Origin: Clostridia bacterium
GTDB taxonomy: Bacteria; Bacillota; Clostridia; UMGS1840
Length of the DNA stretch: 60,480 nucleotides
Direction: 5' to 3'
Assembly (NCBI GenBank): GCA_045656345.1
Contig: JAZOQZ010000020.1
Span: 1 to 60,480 of the forward strand
Shown here: positions 56,338 through 60,480 of the stretch, in pieces
Numbering within the stretch: the first letter of the stretch is position 1
How the letters are laid out: each line of letters begins with the position of its first letter
Program-made: the position numbers and the translations under genes
Notes under the pieces: model-generated
The model's database searches: none
Told to the model about the DNA's origin: nothing
The model's input: only the letters and a program-made list of their open reading frames with translations

Positions 56338-56456
56338 ATTGCATAAGTGTCGCAAGATAGCAAGAACACGAACAAACATTCGTATTTTATATTGACAAAA
56401 CAGAAGAAAAGGTGTATGATAAAAAGAAAGAATTTCAAAAAAAGGAGGAACCGAAG

Positions 56457-58655
56457 ATGGACGCTATGGAACGCATCGCAGGATTGGTGGAAGAAGTCAT
56501 TTACTATAACGATGAAAACGGCTATGGCGTAATCGCTTTGGAAACCTCCGACGACTATGTGAACGTGGCAGGAAATCTGCCGATGATTGCTGAAGGAGAA
56601 AGCATTATTGCCTACGGAAAATGGGTGGAGCATCCCAAATTCGGCACCCAATTTCAATGCGAATATTACGAACCTCATTTAGAACAGGATGTTGCTTCCA
56701 TTTATAAATTTTTATCCAGCGGATTTATCCGTGGGGTTGGTCCTGCCACGGCGAAAAAAATCGTGGACGAATTCGGAGAAGAAACGCTGGAAATTATCGA
56801 AAAATCTCCTGAGCGTTTGTCTGAAATTTCAGGGATTTCTCTGCCAAAAGCTGTCTTAATCCATAAGGACTATATGAAGAAAATCGAAGTGCAGAATGTG
56901 GTGACCTACTTTATGAAATTCGGGTTATCCCCAACCATTGCGGTGAAGGTGTATAACACGCTGGGAAGCGGTGCCATCAAGCTATGCAATCAGAATCCCT
57001 ACATCATCTGCGAAAAGGTGGAAAAAATCGGATTCTTAACCGTGGATAAAATTGCGGAAGAAATGGGCATCCCGAAAAACTCCATGGAACGGCTCAAATC
57101 GGGAGTCACCTACCTGTTATATCAGGCGACATACAACGGACACACTTGTTTTCCGAAAGAAGAACTTCTCAGCGAATCAAAAGTTCTTCTGAATGTGGGC
57201 GAAACCGAGGTGGAAAATGCGCTGTCTCTGCTGCTAATGGAAGGCAGAATCATCAATATCAAAAAAGACGGAGCAGTGTTTTACTCTCTCCCCCATTTTT
57301 ACCTAGCAGAAAGCTATATTGCCGCAAGACTTCAGATATTAAAACAAAGCAAATGTGAAGATTTATCCAAAAAATTAGATATTGACGACCTTTGTGATGT
57401 TTCCCTGTCTTCTGAGCAGAAAGAAGCCATCACCGAAGCTTTAAAACAAAAGGTGTTTATCATCACAGGGGGTCCGGGAACAGGAAAAACCACAGTGATC
57501 AAAAGCTTACTGACCGCCTTTGATGCACTCAATAAAAAGGTGATTTTAGCCGCTCCCACAGGCCGTGCTGCCAAGCGGATTTCGGAAGTGACAGGAAAAA
57601 ACGCCAAAACCATTCATCGTCTGTTAGAGGTGAAACAGGTGGGTGGAGAACGTCCTCAATTTGAGAGAAACGAACAGAATCCCGTGCGATGTGATGTGGT
57701 GATTGTGGACGAAATGTCTATGACGGATTCTTTGCTGTTTGAATCGTTTTTGCGGGCATTTTCCGAAAAAACCAGAATCATTATGGTGGGTGACTGTGAC
57801 CAGCTTCCTCCCGTGGGTGCAGGAAATGTGCTAAAAGATATGATTGCATCAGATGTGATTCCCACCATCAGTTTCCGCCAGATTTTCCGTCAGGAAAACG
57901 CTTCTCAGATTGTGGAGAATGCACACCGTATCTTAAATTTTAAAGAACCCGTCTACAACAGTGAGGGCAGTGACTTTTTCTTTGTAGGCAGCCAAAACGG
58001 AGAAGACACAGTTACCACCGTCTGCGATCTGGTGGAAAACCGACTGCCCAATTTTTTAAATATTTCTCCTGATAGAATTCAGGTACTAACTCCTATGCGA
58101 AAGAGTGTGTTGGGATCGGTTGCCTTAAACAACGCCTTAAAACAAACCTTGAATCCCGTGCGGAAAAACCAGCCTCAGAAATCGGCAAACGGCTATGTGT
58201 TTTCCAAGTTTGACCGTGTGATGCAAACCAAAAACGATTACGAGATCGAATGGGAAACCGAAAGCGGTTACAAAGGACAGGGAATCTACAATGGCGATAT
58301 GGGTGTCATTACCGAAATTGACACCGAAAACAAGGAAATGACCATTCTCTTTGACGACGATAAAATTGTGCATTACGATTTTTTAAAACTGGAAAATTTA
58401 GAGCTTTCCTACGCAGTGACGGTGCATAAAAGCCAGGGTAGTGAATTTGATGCAGTGGTGATTCCGCTGGTCTATGGCTACCCCCAGCTGATGACGCAGA
58501 ACCTTTTATACACCGCCGTTACCCGAGCGAAAACCTTTGTGTGCATTGTGGGACGAAAATCCTGCGTGACAGGGATGATCCACAACAACACCGAACAAAA
58601 ACGATATACCAACCTGGCAGAATTTTTGGTGGAAGCGGAAGAAGTTCCTTTTTAA
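56457..58655 (+). CDS. recD2: RecD2-type SF1 ATP-dependent DNA helicase
   Basis: Trimmed to the ATG at 56457 behind AAGGAGG. GGPGTGKTT Walker A, VIVDEMSM, and YAVTVHKSQGSEF at the C-terminal end. Confidence 0.9.
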   Translation: MDAMERIAGLVEEVIYYNDENGYGVIALETSDDYVNVAGNLPMIAEGESIIAYGKWVEHPKFGTQFQCEYYEPHLEQDVASIYKFLSSGFIRGVGPATAKKIVDEFGEETLEIIEKSPERLSEISGISLPKAVLIHKDYMKKIEVQNVVTYFMKFGLSPTIAVKVYNTLGSGAIKLCNQNPYIICEKVEKIGFLTVDKIAEEMGIPKNSMERLKSGVTYLLYQATYNGHTCFPKEELLSESKVLLNVGETEVENALSLLLMEGRIINIKKDGAVFYSLPHFYLAESYIAARLQILKQSKCEDLSKKLDIDDLCDVSLSSEQKEAITEALKQKVFIITGGPGTGKTTVIKSLLTAFDALNKKVILAAPTGRAAKRISEVTGKNAKTIHRLLEVKQVGGERPQFERNEQNPVRCDVVIVDEMSMTDSLLFESFLRAFSEKTRIIMVGDCDQLPPVGAGNVLKDMIASDVIPTISFRQIFRQENASQIVENAHRILNFKEPVYNSEGSDFFFVGSQNGEDTVTTVCDLVENRLPNFLNISPDRIQVLTPMRKSVLGSVALNNALKQTLNPVRKNQPQKSANGYVFSKFDRVMQTKNDYEIEWETESGYKGQGIYNGDMGVITEIDTENKEMTILFDDDKIVHYDFLKLENLELSYAVTVHKSQGSEFDAVVIPLVYGYPQLMTQNLLYTAVTRAKTFVCIVGRKSCVTGMIHNNTEQKRYTNLAEFLVEAEEVPF

Positions 58656-58660
58656 ATAAA

Positions 58661-58697
58661 AATACGGATTGAGAAAATTCTCAATCCGTATTTTTTT
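58661..58697. terminator. Bidirectional terminator shared by recD2 and groEL
   Basis: aatacggattgag-aaaattc-tcaatccgtattttttt. Confidence 0.8.
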
Positions 58698-58715
58698 ATA
58701 TTTGATTGATTTGGC

Positions 58716-60350
<1,635 letters not shown>

Positions 60351-60411
60351 CTACTCCTTTTTTCTACTAAGCAATTATGGAAAGCTATTGGGTAAAATTC
60401 TGAATACTAAA

Positions 60412-60480
60412 TTATTCTTCCACTTTTGCTAAAATGTCTGCCTGACGCAATACAATATATTCGGTACCGTCTAATTTCAC
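60412..60480 (-). CDS. groS: Co-chaperonin GroES, C-terminal 22 codons plus stop (gene runs off the right edge)
   Basis: Reverse translation reads ...VKLDGTEYIVLRQADILAKVEE*. Immediately upstream of groEL. Confidence 0.85.
   Translation of the reverse strand: MKLDGTEYIVLRQADILAKVEE

Overview
This 60.5-kb window looks like core chromosome from an endospore-forming, low-to-moderate-GC Firmicute, probably class Clostridia. The evidence is spoIIGA-sigE, an alpha/beta-type SASP, an L7Ae-like gene inside the str operon and a long-form hpf. Left to right, the genes are:
- 1-12.3 kb, minus strand: rpoB-rpoC-(L7Ae-like)-rpsL-rpsG-fusA-tuf, with tuf truncated at the left edge.
- A divergent EF-G paralog and a stand-alone PurF-like gene.
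- pgk-tpiA-gpmI with a tightly coupled gtrA-like gene.
- An rluD-like/rsmG unit followed by two tandem 493-aa paralogs of a family I cannot name, plus a GH20-like enzyme.
- HAD/DegV/MarR genes and a secreted stalk-domain cyclophilin.
- A tRNA-Leu/tRNA-fMet operon with a duplicated, scarred 3' flank.
- sigE-spoIIGA, a Xer-type recombinase, yjbQ, a SASP gene, a TM1266-type small regulator and hpf.
- An orphan class-I fumarase alpha subunit and two GT-C membrane glycosyltransferases.
- A U32 peptidase / O-methyltransferase / prmA block, then gyrA-gyrB-remB.
- A polysaccharide deacetylase, mutS2, a thioesterase, an M24 peptidase, a TIM-barrel protein, yqeG, tRNA-Arg, recD2 and groEL-groES (groES truncated at the right edge).

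I saw no CRISPR array, IS element, prophage or recognisable defence or toxin system.

The items most worth follow-up are:
1. The tandem 493-aa paralog pair plus the GH20-like gene.
2. The tRNA-fMet locus, which carries a ~130-bp duplication, a 126-nt GC-rich structured insert and inverted tRNA fragments.
3. A family of long imperfect palindromic intergenic elements whose core hairpin shows compensatory changes.
4. An EF-G paralog with NKxD changed to NDID.
5. A PurF-like protein lacking the Cys1 nucleophile.

All functional calls come from reading motifs in the translations. No database search was possible.
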